A stretch of 53,852 bases of DNA, filler included, from Sluysia triapertura (GCA_046118255.1; 4 parts of 4 records of this genome joined end to end with filler, not necessarily neighbours in it); one strand, 5' to 3'; shown: positions 15,113-27,227, counted from the first letter of the whole stretch. Program-made: numbers and translations. The notes: generated by a model from the sequence alone, not told the origin.

Positions 15113-15212
15113 NNNNNNNNNNNNNNNNNNNNNNNNNNNNNNNNNNNNNNNNNNNNTTAATTAATTAANNNNNNNNNNNNNNNNNNNNNNNNNNNNNNNN
15201 NNNNNNNNNNNN
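15113..15212. other. Artificial contig linker
   Basis: 44 N + TTAATTAATTAA (stop codons in all six frames) + 44 N. Confidence 0.95.
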
Positions 15213-15417
15213 ACATTTTTAATAATTAATTTATTAATTTATAAGCAATAATAATATTAAAAACCATTTCAGATTTTTAAGTATTTGTATATAGATTTTA
15301 AATATTATTTGTTTTTTTTTATTTTACACATTTAGTTTTTTTATTGAACAAGTCATTAATTTTGTTTTTATTAATTATAATATCAAAAGAATTTAATAAT
15401 TGATTCAGTTTTATGAA

Positions 15418-15419
<2 letters not shown>

Positions 15420-15470
<51 letters not shown>
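15420..15470. repeat. (TTA)n microsatellite
   Basis: Perfect trinucleotide run. Confidence 0.95.
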
Positions 15471-15472
<2 letters not shown>

Positions 15473-18400
15473 TTATATATAAATATTCATTTTTTCATGT
15501 TAATATATTTTTTGATTTAAATTTGTATTATATATTTCTTTCATATTTTTCTGGACAATGTTCAACGTTTTTGTGAATTTTATTAACTTGAAATTAAATT
15601 ACTTGTAATAATAATCAATAATAAAACATAATAATGACTAATAGTAATTAATTTTAATAAGTAATTATAATTATTACGTTTTATTAGCACACTGAAGACG
15701 GTATAAAAAAATTCTCACTAAAATTTTATAACGTTTAAAATTAAATTAAATTTCAATGAATATAACGGTTCTTCGTTATTCAACTATGTAATGCACACAC
15801 ATTCATCATCTGTGTGTTTATAACAATTATTTGTAATGTTTAAGTACTCATAATTGCAGTTTTTATACAATGTTGCTTGAAATTCCAAATAACATCAATT
15901 TTCACGTCATCCGTCCTTAATGTGTTAAAATAAAATCTGTTTTATGTTTTGACTTCACTTATATTTAAAGATTTATATGGAAGAAATACAAAAAAAAATT
16001 AATAATAATATTATTATTATTGTGTTTCATATTTCAGTATTTTAATACAAATAAATTCATTTAAAATTATTTTGAATTGTAAAATTGAAATTCCTTCCTG
16101 ACACTTTCATTTAGTTTAAGAAGTGTTTCAAATTCAGTTATGTATCAGAATGATCATTTTAGTTTTAACTATTTAATTAAGTATTTAAATTAATAAAAAT
16201 TATTATTTGTTTTTAATTATTTATTGTGCTGTAATTATTTTGTTTCATTGTGTTTATATTGTCGAAGATCAAATAACACTTTTTAAACTGTAATATCTAT
16301 ACTGAATATTTGAAATAAAATTAATACTTATGGAAAAAAAGTTTGTGTTTTTATATTTTTACGAATTTTTTGAATTTTTTATCTCTTTCAGATAATTAAT
16401 ATTTTACATTTTTGTGTCGGTGTTATTGAGTCTCTAATAAGTCATTAAATTTGTATTTTGTTGTTTTGATTTTTAGTTATACGTGAAAATAATAAAATGA
16501 ATAATTTATATTTTGATTTTAATAATTGTGTATGTGTGTGTGTTAGCGTAACACTTTTCTTAACCATAATTATTGCTGATTCATAGAAATTATTATTTTA
16601 TTGTTCAAGTTATATTATAACGTTAACTACATTGTTAATGTTTATCAATGATTGACGCTCACTAATAAAATTATTACTTATTATAGACTTCAATTTAAAA
16701 TACAAAATACAACATACAAATAATAACATGATAAATGCTTAACTATGCATTAGTTAAGTCAAGAATATAAATCCAAACATTGCCCATATTAACAAAATCA
16801 ATATAAATGTGTAATTTGTAATATTTTTATTAATAAATAATTTTACAGGTTTTATTAGCTGTGATTATTCAATCACTATCTTTTCAAAAGGCCCATCATT
16901 GATACTGGCCATCCAGAAGCATCACCACACTTCATAATCGTTATTATCAACCACCATAATTTTAATTTTAGAATCGTAAATTAATTTATGCATTAAATTT
17001 AACTATTTTTAAATTTTATTACATAAGTATAAGGTTTTATCCAAATTCTCTAATTTCCGACTTGAATCATTGACAAAATGATGTATTAGCACCTTTATTT
17101 TTATCATAAATTAATTGATAATTCCGATTTTCACTTATTTTTATGTTTTCATTGTAGTGTGTAAACTTATTGTTCATTTCAAGACTATTAAACATATAGA
17201 AATGGAATGTATATCAAACAGTTTTTGAGAAGTAGCATTCTTTACATCAAGGCTTTCAAGTGCATTATTTCGAACATCCCTTTTTCTTTTAGGTAATTTA
17301 TATTATTATAATCAAATTAGCTTTAAAATCAACTTAAACTCTCATTTTTTCGACCTGGGTCAATGATTTAATATAAAATCTTAACAATTTTTATAACGTT
17401 TTTATTTAATTCTTGTAATAAATTGTTCGTAGTTGGCTTTATTTGCCTCGGAATTAATTTAAATTTACTTTAAAAATTGATTTAGAGAAAATTCTGATTA
17501 ACAATTATCAAATATACTCTTACGTTTGACCCTCAAATAATTTCGAAAGAAATAATCATAACAAGTAGGTTAAGGAAAATCTACGTAGCACTTGACTGAA
17601 ATCCTATAATTACGTCCTCTTTACGACATAAATAACAAATTATAAGCGGACCCTTTATAGTAGTTTCCTAATTGTTAAGTTTTAAGAGAGAAAAATATAA
17701 CAATATTATCAAGTATTAAAGTGTAATAATAATGATAGCAATAATAACATTAATTAATTAATTATAATTTTGCAATAATAATTTTAATAAATTCTAATAA
17801 GCGCTCAAGTACAAAAATTAGGTAAAATAATATCTAATTAAAAAAATTAATATATTTAGGGTGTGACACCAATGATGATGAAACACAATAGTTAATACAA
17901 TCAAGTACTAAAAATTTTGATTTGAAGATCGGTTCCACATTAGTAATTGATTGTTCGATAAATGGTATGACTTTGTCAACGTTAATATAATTTCTGACAT
18001 TTTAAATGATTGGTAATGGTTTAGACCGTCAGTGAAGTGGTATATTCGTTTTTTCGAGGAATTTTTCTGTGTAATTATTAGTACATTTCACAATTCCAAA
18101 TTGCGGCATTTTATTAATATTCCATATCACATTGATTCTAAAAGGCGCTATTATATAACTGTCAATGTTATATTTTCGAAATTATATGTTCTAAAATTAA
18201 ATGTCAAATAATATAAATTTTAAAATCAATAATTTAGTTATGTTTCTAAAAATTATATATATGTATAAATTTTAATGAAAATGAATTATTATTATTATTA
18301 TTTTTATTATAAAATTATAAAAAATAATTCTTTTAATTCGTTATTAAAAAATAACTATTAAAATATATTTCTTTAAAATGATTGTTTTAACTAATTTCTC

Positions 18401-18582
18401 AAGGGCTTCCAAGTGGCTGTAAAAGCTACATTGGTTTTACATTAAACACAATTTTGTAAATACAAGTTTTCAGACATAATTACCTATTTGAAAATTATTT
18501 CTGTATATGATTATGATCGAGTTAAGTACGTGAAGTTTATTCGGATATTTTTGAAGTTTTATTTTCGGAAAATATACAGTTT

Positions 18583-19598
18583 TTGGATGAGGAAGAAGAA
18601 ATGCTAAGGGAGTTCCGTAGAGCTAAGATGGACAGTACTGAGAATAAAGAAGAAAGAAAACAATCTAAACATGATGATGAAGAGGACATGTTTATTAATT
18701 ATTTACATGATTGTTATATGCAGTTAGTAAAGGAGAAGGAGAAGGAAGATAAAAGAAAAAAGGAAACACAACAAAAAATAGAACAACAGAAACCTAAGAT
18801 AATTAAGAGTGCTCAACAACTTGAAGAAGAAAGAATACGTGCCGAAGCAATTGTAAGTAGATGGATGAAGGATAATAACATAAATGATGATGAAGAAGAA
18901 AATAGGATATCAATAGTAAATGAAATTGACCATATATTCGATGATTATTTCCTATGATTATTTTAGGAAACGAAGAAGTAACTACACAAGAAATCCCGTT
19001 TAATAGTTTAATAAAGGAAGTAAATACATTTCTCTCAAATTTGACTAATGACGATAACATTGATAAAAATTTAAGTATACTTTATAAATTGAATTTAGAT
19101 ATGTTTAATAGACAAAGTTTTAGATTAAGTTTACTTTATTTAAGTCAAGTAGATAACCCACATAATTTTAAAGCTAGACAATTATTAAAGAAAATAGGTT
19201 TGGCTGATAGAATAGAACAGCCGACACTTTGATAAAAATTAATTTGTTGATTGATGAATCAATTGATTTCTTTATGAAATCACCAGTTACTACAAAAATA
19301 GAAAGTCTAATAGATATAATGATACTAAATGATCCAACAGTACAATTAATTTTTCAAAATAGATATTTACAACCTAAGGAGTTCTTAATTGATTAGGATT
19401 ACCCATTGGGTGATAATAGAGAAACAATAAAAGCAGTACTTATATGTGAAACTCCTAACGAACTTTTTTAAAACAGTTAATGGAAAATGTCAATATATAA
19501 ATTAATGAAAATGATGACAAAATAGAAATTAATGATAATATAGGAGTTGATCTTGATGAAGAGATAATAACTGAAAATGATAAAAATGACTTTCAGTA
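18583..19598 (+). pseudogene. Decaying orphan ORF pair or frameshifted ORF (acidic, coiled-coil-like), possibly TE- or virus-derived
   Basis: The 124-aa and 92-aa ORFs overlap at ATGA (18954-18957). Coding-like sequence continues through a frameshift and isolated stops to about 19598. No introns and no recognised domain. Confidence 0.45.
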
Positions 19599-20105
19599 AA
19601 CTTTAAATTACTAATTTAATTGCATTGTCGTAAAAATTCATTGATCAGTAACGCAAACTTTAAGTTCTTTTTTTAAGTCTGAATTTTTATCTTTGTGTTG
19701 TGTTGATTGTTTAGTTTTTAGTCATTGACATAATTCAAAAAAATAATAAAAATTGATTGGGTGACCAATCAAACTACAAATTATGCACTATGCATCAACA
19801 ACATAAGATTAATCAATTCACGTTTCAATAAGTGTCTGTTATCGATAGACAGTAAACACGACATGCTAAACTAACTTTAAATAAGCTGTCTACCGATGAC
19901 TGACAATGAAATAAAATGTGTTAGTAAAAACTATGATAACATAATAATCGTAGTGTATGCTCAGTAATTGTCCCGACAACAAAATTGAGTCTAATGGCTC
20001 TGTCAACAAATGACAGTTTTACTTGATTTCGACTAAAAATAACAGCGATAATAGTAATTATAATAAATTTTTTACCTGCATTAAAAAACAATGATAAAAC
20101 GAAAC

Positions 20106-20106
<1 letters not shown>

Positions 20107-20143
<37 letters not shown>
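20107..20143. repeat. (AAT)n microsatellite
   Basis: Perfect trinucleotide run. Confidence 0.9.
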
Positions 20144-20847
20144 TGTAATAAATAAACAATATTAAATAATAATTATTATTATAATACATAAATAAAATAA
20201 AATAATAATACTGTAATACCGAAAAAATAAACTCAAAAACTTTATCTCTTCTAATATAATTATTTCTCTTATTTCTTTATTTTTACATAATCTTTTTTAT
20301 CTTTGAAAGCTTTTTCGAAATCTATGTTCTAATTTTATTCTTTGAAAGAAACATTATTTAGTGATTACCAAGATATGTAATGTAGAAAGAATTGATGGGA
20401 GATTGTTTAAAGACATTAATACATAACTAAAGATGTTAAAGAAATGTCAATGTCTAAAATGGTTTTAAAATGTGAATTTAATATGTTTCGGTGATATTAA
20501 AAATTGAATGTTAAAGGATTTTGAAGTCGAAATGTTTTTGATTGATTGTAAGGTGGATATTTGATGGTTTAAGATGTAATTGTAATTCTGATGTTATGAA
20601 ATTGTAGATTAAAATGTTTTGAATGAAATTTAATGTGCGTTAATGGCTATGAATGTAGGTGTGATTTTAATGTTGAAAAGGTGGATTTAAAGGGTTTTGA
20701 AATGATAATAGTTTTAATGGATCTAAAAAAATGTAAAATGCAGAAAGGTTTTGATATATTCTAAAAAGGTAATTGTAAAATGTTAATGAATGTAATTATG
20801 CAATTGAAATGATTATTTGAATTTTAAGTTAAAGGTTGGCCACCACA

Positions 20848-21246
20848 ATGAGCACAATTCAACCACAAATCAATATTAATACATTGGCAGGTTATCCATA
20901 AAATCAAGTCATAATTCTAATTGCAGCAGCTAGAGGAACCATTAGAGTATCAATATTTGCAGACGGTTTTCCATTAGAAGGATTTTCATCATTATTCATG
21001 GAAAACTAATTATCAACTAATTATAGAATACAAGTAGAAATAGAAGAATTACCAGCTACATTTACTATTATCTTCGAGAAACCGAATAGCACTATAGACT
21101 TATCAAATTTTCCAGTACCGTAGGAATCAGACACAAATAATATGTATAAAACTACAATGATTACTCATTTACCACATAAAGACAAAGCAGAGAAAGATAG
21201 ATATGGCTGTGTTAGGTTGTCATTACGACCCTTTAAAATACTTTAA
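20848..21246 (+). pseudogene. Orphan reading frame of about 130 codons with three in-frame TAA/TAG stops
   Basis: Starts at CCACCACAATGA and reads MSTIQPQININTLAGYP*NQVIILIAAARGTIRVSIFADGFPLEGFSSLFMEN*LSTNYRIQVEIEELPATFTIIFEKPNSTIDLSNFPVP*ESD... with no frameshift. Confidence 0.45.
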
Positions 21247-21344
21247 AATTATTTATTAATGTCTAAAAACACTTTAAAATGTTTATTTTCCAAAAAAAGA
21301 AACTAAAATTTCTAAAAAAGAAAATTCGCTTCTATAAATAGAAT

Positions 21345-21374
21345 AGAAGCTTCTAGAATGTTCTAGAACATTCC
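21345..21374. promoter_or_regulatory. Heat-shock element (six alternating nGAAn/nTTCn units)
   Basis: aGAAgcTTCtaGAAtgTTCtaGAAcaTTCc is a perfect HSF consensus array. An AP-1-like TGACTAA lies about 20 bp downstream. Confidence 0.6.
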
Positions 21375-23734
21375 ATCGATTTTTATGGGCTGATGACTAA
21401 TATGTAAACTAGCATCAGCTTAATGAAAATCACTATTTTATAATTAGTTTAACAAAATTCAGTGTCATTTGGAATTCGTCAGTGTAATTTACCGCCATTT
21501 TGAACTTCTTAGTCAAATCATTCAGTATTCTATCAGATGAATTTCAGGCAGGATTGGAGTTTTTTAATCGATTTCCATGCAAGAGTAAATTATTTTGTTT
21601 TAAGAAGATTTTGACTTTCATATAAGCCAAAATCAACAAATACAAGAAAAATCAAAGAGGAGCGAGAGTTTTATTAATGTCCCAACATCTGACGAAGTTG
21701 AATTGAAACAGACTGAAGACCTAGATTTGGATCTGACAGATTCTGTTTAAGAACTTGAACAAGGTGTACTTCTCTTGGACGATGAGGAATTTGGAGTTAT
21801 TAGAGTAGACTTAGGTGATGAAGCATTCTTTGATTGCGACGATATTATGTAAATAATTTTTAACAACTAACAACTATTTTAAAAATTAGGGACTCATTTT
21901 CCCTGATGGGAAAGTTATGTAAATGTAATAATGTGTAAATATCTAATTAATTTTATTCGAATTAATTTTAATTTTAATTGTGGATTTTTAATGTATCTTT
22001 AGTGTGATATTTTAATATTTAATTTATATTTTAATATATAAATTTTTAATAATTTAGAAATATATAAAATAGTTGTTTATAATAATAATTATTATTATTA
22101 ATTTATTATTGTTGTTAAAAAATATTATTATTAAAAAATAAATAAATATTATTATTTATTCAGTTGTTTAAACAAGGTCAATGACCTTGTATGTGAATTA
22201 ACTATATATAGCGTTTCATTTTTGGATCCAATTATTAGAAAACATTTATTCACAAGAGTTAATTTTAGATAATTAATAGATTGATTTCAAGAGTTGTTAA
22301 TACAGAAGAATTTTTTACATTCCTTTTTAATCATTTATTCAGTGAATTTTAAAAGTTATACTAATGCAACCATTTTTGATTTAATTTACGTGAGTGAATT
22401 TGTTTCTTCGCAGATAATTGGATACGTTAGTTTATAATTAATAAGGTAGATAATTTAAAAGAAAATACAATAAATTATACTTAAAAAATAAGTTACTTTT
22501 AATAAATTTTATTTACTGACAAAATTCTTTCTTAATTTTGAAATACTTATTATTGCAAGCAATAATTAATTTGTTTACTAATACAAACTTTAGTATTTCG
22601 TGATTCTAATACTTTACAACATAATAGTGGTAACTATATTATTTTTTATAATATTATAACATAATTCGTACTAAAATATTATTATTGTATTATTATTTTA
22701 TAACAATTTTACGATTGTAAATTAATTGTCATTATAGCACTATTAATATGTATAATTTTAATATTTTTTGCGAATAAATCATTAATAAATTTGATTTTCT
22801 TACACTAAATTATTAAAACTAATTAAACCGATCCTCACGATTAATTTGTTGAAAAGATAAACTTACCATTAAATCGCATATTTATTTAACCTGTATGTGC
22901 ATACGTAAATAGCCAAATTATATAGTTTTAAGTCAATTAACATCTTACTGATAATAACGATCGAATAATTATATAATAAACTAAAACTTAGTTTATATAT
23001 ACGTATACATTGGATCAGACATAAATACATTATTTAATCTCACTAAATCAGTGGAAATTCAAAACTGAATTCTTTTATTAAATTTGACCTCCCAATAGCT
23101 TGCATTATCAACATCTATGAATTGGCCCTTATAGAGAACTCACATAAACACATAAACAAAATTTAAAAGCCCAAATTCTCACAATAGTAATGTGCTTTCA
23201 CGATGCTCCTTAATATAGCTAAACAAGAAACATTCTTGAAGAAAAACAAGAAAATAAAAAATAAATCTAATGACTCGCCTTGGTTTTTGAGTATTATAAA
23301 TTCTGTAACCGCATTTTTGATTTCGTTTTTAAGAACTACACTTTTGGGAAAATCTCGAAATGGGGCAAAGTTTTCCCCATTTTTATTGCAAGAAATTAAT
23401 TGCATTATTACTGCTGTTGAAATTAAATTAATAATCGTCATACTTAAAAGTTACACTACGTACAATTTAGCATTACAAATTAATAAACTAATAAAACTAG
23501 TTACATAAAACATGTAAATATAAAGAGAATTTTTTTTACTAATATGGTTTAAAATTAAGTAACATTATAAAATTTCAATAAAAAATATTTAAAACAATTG
23601 CTGCACTCTCAACTTCAAACATTTTAACATTATAATGACAGGCTCTTAAATTAGCCAATCTTTATTAGAATTGAAATTTCAAAACTACAAAAACTATATT
23701 ATTTCCTATTGGTTTAATTTATTTTTCACTTATA

Positions 23735-24613
23735 ATGATAAATAAACAAATCAAGAGAATTATAATTTTATGGGCTATATTTATCAGTGTTTATTTTTTA
23801 CTTAAACATACTTTTGTATTGAGTAATCATAAACACATAAATTTAAATTTAGTAAATATTAATTGCTTTAAACATGAAGCATTCAGTGGAAAATTAACTA
23901 AACTAAATAATGGCTTTGATATTTTACCAATTTATGTTCATGAATCAAGAGATTTAATTTCAAGTGATTTAATTGTATTTAACAAATGGGAAAGTGATTG
24001 GATAATGCAAATAATTGAAGTATGTAAGTATAATCCAGAAATTCAATTTATTGATGTAGGAGCTAATCTCGGAGTATATACTTTGTCTGTAGCTAATTAC
24101 ATCAAACAAGTCATTTCTATAGAACCGTTTGCTGAAAATGTAAAATTATTAAGTCAATCTTTATTAAAAAATAAACTTGAAAATGTAATTTTGTTGCAAA
24201 ATGTTATTTCCGATGTACACGATTCATATATTTTAACACCAGATAATAAATTTAACTTCGGATCTATTATTGCTAATGTTAATAGTTCTAAGGGATACGT
24301 TAAAAGTATATATTTTGATGATATTTTAAGTTTTCTGTACAAAAAATATCCAATATTTATAAAGATAGATATCGAAGGTGGTGAAATAAAAGCTTTCAAA
24401 AAAGCCTTGAAACTTTTTGAAGAATATAATGTATCCTATATCCTGATAGAATGGTTTTTGATTAGAAATGACGAAAACATTTATGAAATAATCGATTTAT
24501 TCAAAAAATATAATTTGAAACCATTTGCTAAAATTAATGCTGAAATTAGTCTAAGTATCCATCATCATAAAAATTGGCCTGTTAATGTAGTATGGAAAAA
24601 AGTTACTTATTAG
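23735..24613 (+). CDS. FkbM-family (Methyltransf_21) SAM-dependent methyltransferase, type II membrane topology, 292 aa, single exon
   Basis: Uninterrupted 879-bp ORF. Motifs FIDVGANLGVYTL (SAM-binding motif I), VISIEPF and FIKIDIEGGE are typical of FkbM. The N-terminal basic tail MINKQIKR is followed by hydrophobic IIILWAIFISVYFLL. Confidence 0.92.
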   Translation: MINKQIKRIIILWAIFISVYFLLKHTFVLSNHKHINLNLVNINCFKHEAFSGKLTKLNNGFDILPIYVHESRDLISSDLIVFNKWESDWIMQIIEVCKYNPEIQFIDVGANLGVYTLSVANYIKQVISIEPFAENVKLLSQSLLKNKLENVILLQNVISDVHDSYILTPDNKFNFGSIIANVNSSKGYVKSIYFDDILSFLYKKYPIFIKIDIEGGEIKAFKKALKLFEEYNVSYILIEWFLIRNDENIYEIIDLFKKYNLKPFAKINAEISLSIHHHKNWPVNVVWKKVTY

Positions 24614-24871
24614 TTTAAAATTGCTTTAATTTGTTTTTTAACGTTGGATATTCTATAAGTGTATAAATTAATTTTTAATAATAAATTCAAGTCTATTCGA
24701 CGTGTGACTATAGCAAGTTTCTTGATATTTATATTGAATCTATATTATTTATATATAAATTTTTATTTTTCTAGATTAACTGTAATAAATGTATTTTAAT
24801 TGAAATATATAATTTGTATAAGATTTATTATTATTATTATTATTAAGAATGAATTAATTTACGTAATATGA

Positions 24872-25330
24872 ATAACTGCTATAAAATAAGTACTCGAAAA
24901 GCGTTTAGAATAAATAATTCATTACAATATTTCTTAAATAGAACGAATTTTCTATTAAATATCACAATCGTCCAGTGATTTAACTTTCTCTGGTAACTTC
25001 TTGTATATTTTTTACACAAACAGTATATAACTTGTCACATACTTTATTATTACTATTTACCTTAAATTTTTATATCTTAAAGATATATTCATTTTGATTT
25101 CCAAGAGATATTCAGGACTTCCATAACGTAACCATTTACTGTTTTGAAGTCAAGATGATATGTGAGACCTTTTTATTTGAAAAATATTCTTACTAACTGA
25201 TTCAATAGTATTTGTAATTTTCGCACTTCTCTGCATGAAAAGACTATAACCATTAAAATCTATATTACTAGTTTGGACTAATTTTATATAGTACATTTTA
25301 TAAATAACGTTTTACTGCAGAATGCTATGT
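24872..25330 (-). mobile_element. Third, more diverged L2-like relic
   Basis: Colinear with about 3180-3690 (AAAATAAGTACTC, CAGTGATTTAACTTTCTCTGGTAA). The minus strand reads ...NIDFNG...EVRKLQILLNQLVRIF. Confidence 0.65.
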
Positions 25331-25821
25331 CAAAATTGTAACTCTGTATGTATTTGCTTCAAAAAGAAGATTTGGTTGAAGTAAGGAAAGTCTTAATCAC
25401 GTAAATTTTAATTAATGAAAGCCTACAATCACAATTTAATAATTTAAGAGTCTTACACAATTAAAGGCTTGTCCGCAGAATTTAAATATAAACAAGAAAT
25501 CTTATAAATATGGTGTGTAAAGGAATTTTTAAAAGGAAAATACAAAAAATAGAATAAAATGTAAAGATAATCTTGTAATTAATTAGGTTGGGCAAAGATA
25601 CAATGCATCTCATTGTTGCCGCAAAATCTGTCAATACCGTTGTAAAAGGGGATATATTATTTATGATGCGTGCTTGTGTTTGATTCATCTGAAGAGAAAG
25701 TAAAACGATAAGATTATACAAAAGTTAGTAGATATTAAAATTATCGTTAACTTTATTTCATAATTCTTTTATTTTGACAATTAAATTATTTATCTAGTAT
25801 ATAATTTAGGAAGAGTAAAAA

Positions 25822-26265
25822 TTAATAAAAATTGTGTTTTTTCTTCAAAAATTGGTTCAATATATTATTCTTCTTATATAGACCCGCTTTTTTATACAGA
25901 CGTCTTATTTGCCTACGACGTCGGTTATGATTCTGGGATTTTGACAACCAAGGAGGATAATTAGGAAGTGGTATACTTATCGAATGTTTATTGTTTAACT
26001 GCTTAATATATTTTGGTTGTGTTATTACCACCTCTTGAATTTCGGTACGCTGATTAAGAAGATTTGACGGAATCTTTTCCAATATATAAGAATGCCTAAA
26101 TCTACCCTTATAAAATCCTGAATTTCTTCTATATAAGTTCTACACAATGGGCAACTTATATATTCTGTGAATGAGAAATGAAAAAGATTATGCAGAAAAT
26201 TTATGCAAACATGGATCTGATTTTGTATAATGCTTATGTATAGAACGTTGACAAATAAACATCGT
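25822..26265 (-). pseudogene. Frameshifted C3HC4 RING-finger gene with Arg/Lys-rich tail
   Basis: Across frameshifts it reads (C)FICQRSIHKHYTKSDPCLHKF...SCPLCRTYIEEIQDFIRVDLGILI. A 2-nt shift then leads into the 86-aa ORF ending NRRRRQIRRLYKK. Confidence 0.6.
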
Positions 26266-27182
26266 GTAATAAAATTTTTATTTGTTTAAATGTTTGTTCA
26301 ATGTAAAATTTTAGTCTTGACTTCTCTTAATACCAGGCTCAAATATTTCTGAATATTATTTTATACTGTGAAAATCCTTACTCTATGTTAACAATTCAAA
26401 TCTCTTTACAAAATGTATAGTTATTTTAAACTTTAATTTATTATATCACTTTAGACTTAATTGGAGGTATGAATTTGGATACTCGTCCTTGCTGTTAGGA
26501 TAGAAGTGCTTAATGATTTAAAAATTTAACAATTACACAATAATTAATGTTTTGCTATAGGTGTCTAAAAACCTATTTTTTAATGTTTAATTATTTAATT
26601 TTAGGGCTCCACTCTCCCAAAATGAAATTTAAAATAACAACGAATATTTTATGTATTTATCAATAAATTAAAAAGAAGGATTTTACAATATATAAATTTC
26701 TAATAATAAAATTAATAGTTATAAATAAAGACAACGAATAATAAAAACTTACACAATGGTAATATGAGAATTTTCAAGAAATGTGATTGTTAGCAGAATG
26801 TAATATTCAGATGGAATCGAATCACGTTAATACGACGCCGTTTGAATGCGGAATAACCAGATGTAGTTATAATATTCGAAATTTTCTCTGTGTTAACTCC
26901 ACTAATTTTTGGGTTTATATAGTTTTTCCACTAATACTGTTAATAATGTCCAATAATTTTTTTATATAATCACAATTTCAATTAAATTTAAACTATATGG
27001 TAAATTTGTATTGAATTTGAACTGCATGGTAAATTCTATAATTTTCATGTGATAATAAATTCCATCATTCCATAATAATAACTATTTTTAATTTGTAATA
27101 ATAATATCATAATTTCATATACCAATAATAATAATATAAGAATACTAATAATAATATTATCTATTTGTACTAATACTAATAC

Positions 27183-27227
<45 letters not shown>
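27183..27227. repeat. (AAT)n microsatellite at contig end
   Basis: Perfect trinucleotide run abutting the linker. Confidence 0.95.

Noticed and set aside
18397-18460. QGLPSGC...LNT resembling RdRp motif B
   Set aside because: Spacing is wrong and there is no motif A or GDD nearby; likely chance.
21389-21432. CTGATGA...GAAA hammerhead ribozyme core
   Set aside because: Stems I-III could not be formed convincingly by eye.
23163-23508. Overlapping 92- and 101-aa ORFs; KNQGESLD resembles PIF1/Helitron KSQGxSLD
   Set aside because: A single weak motif; other helicase motifs were not convincingly found.
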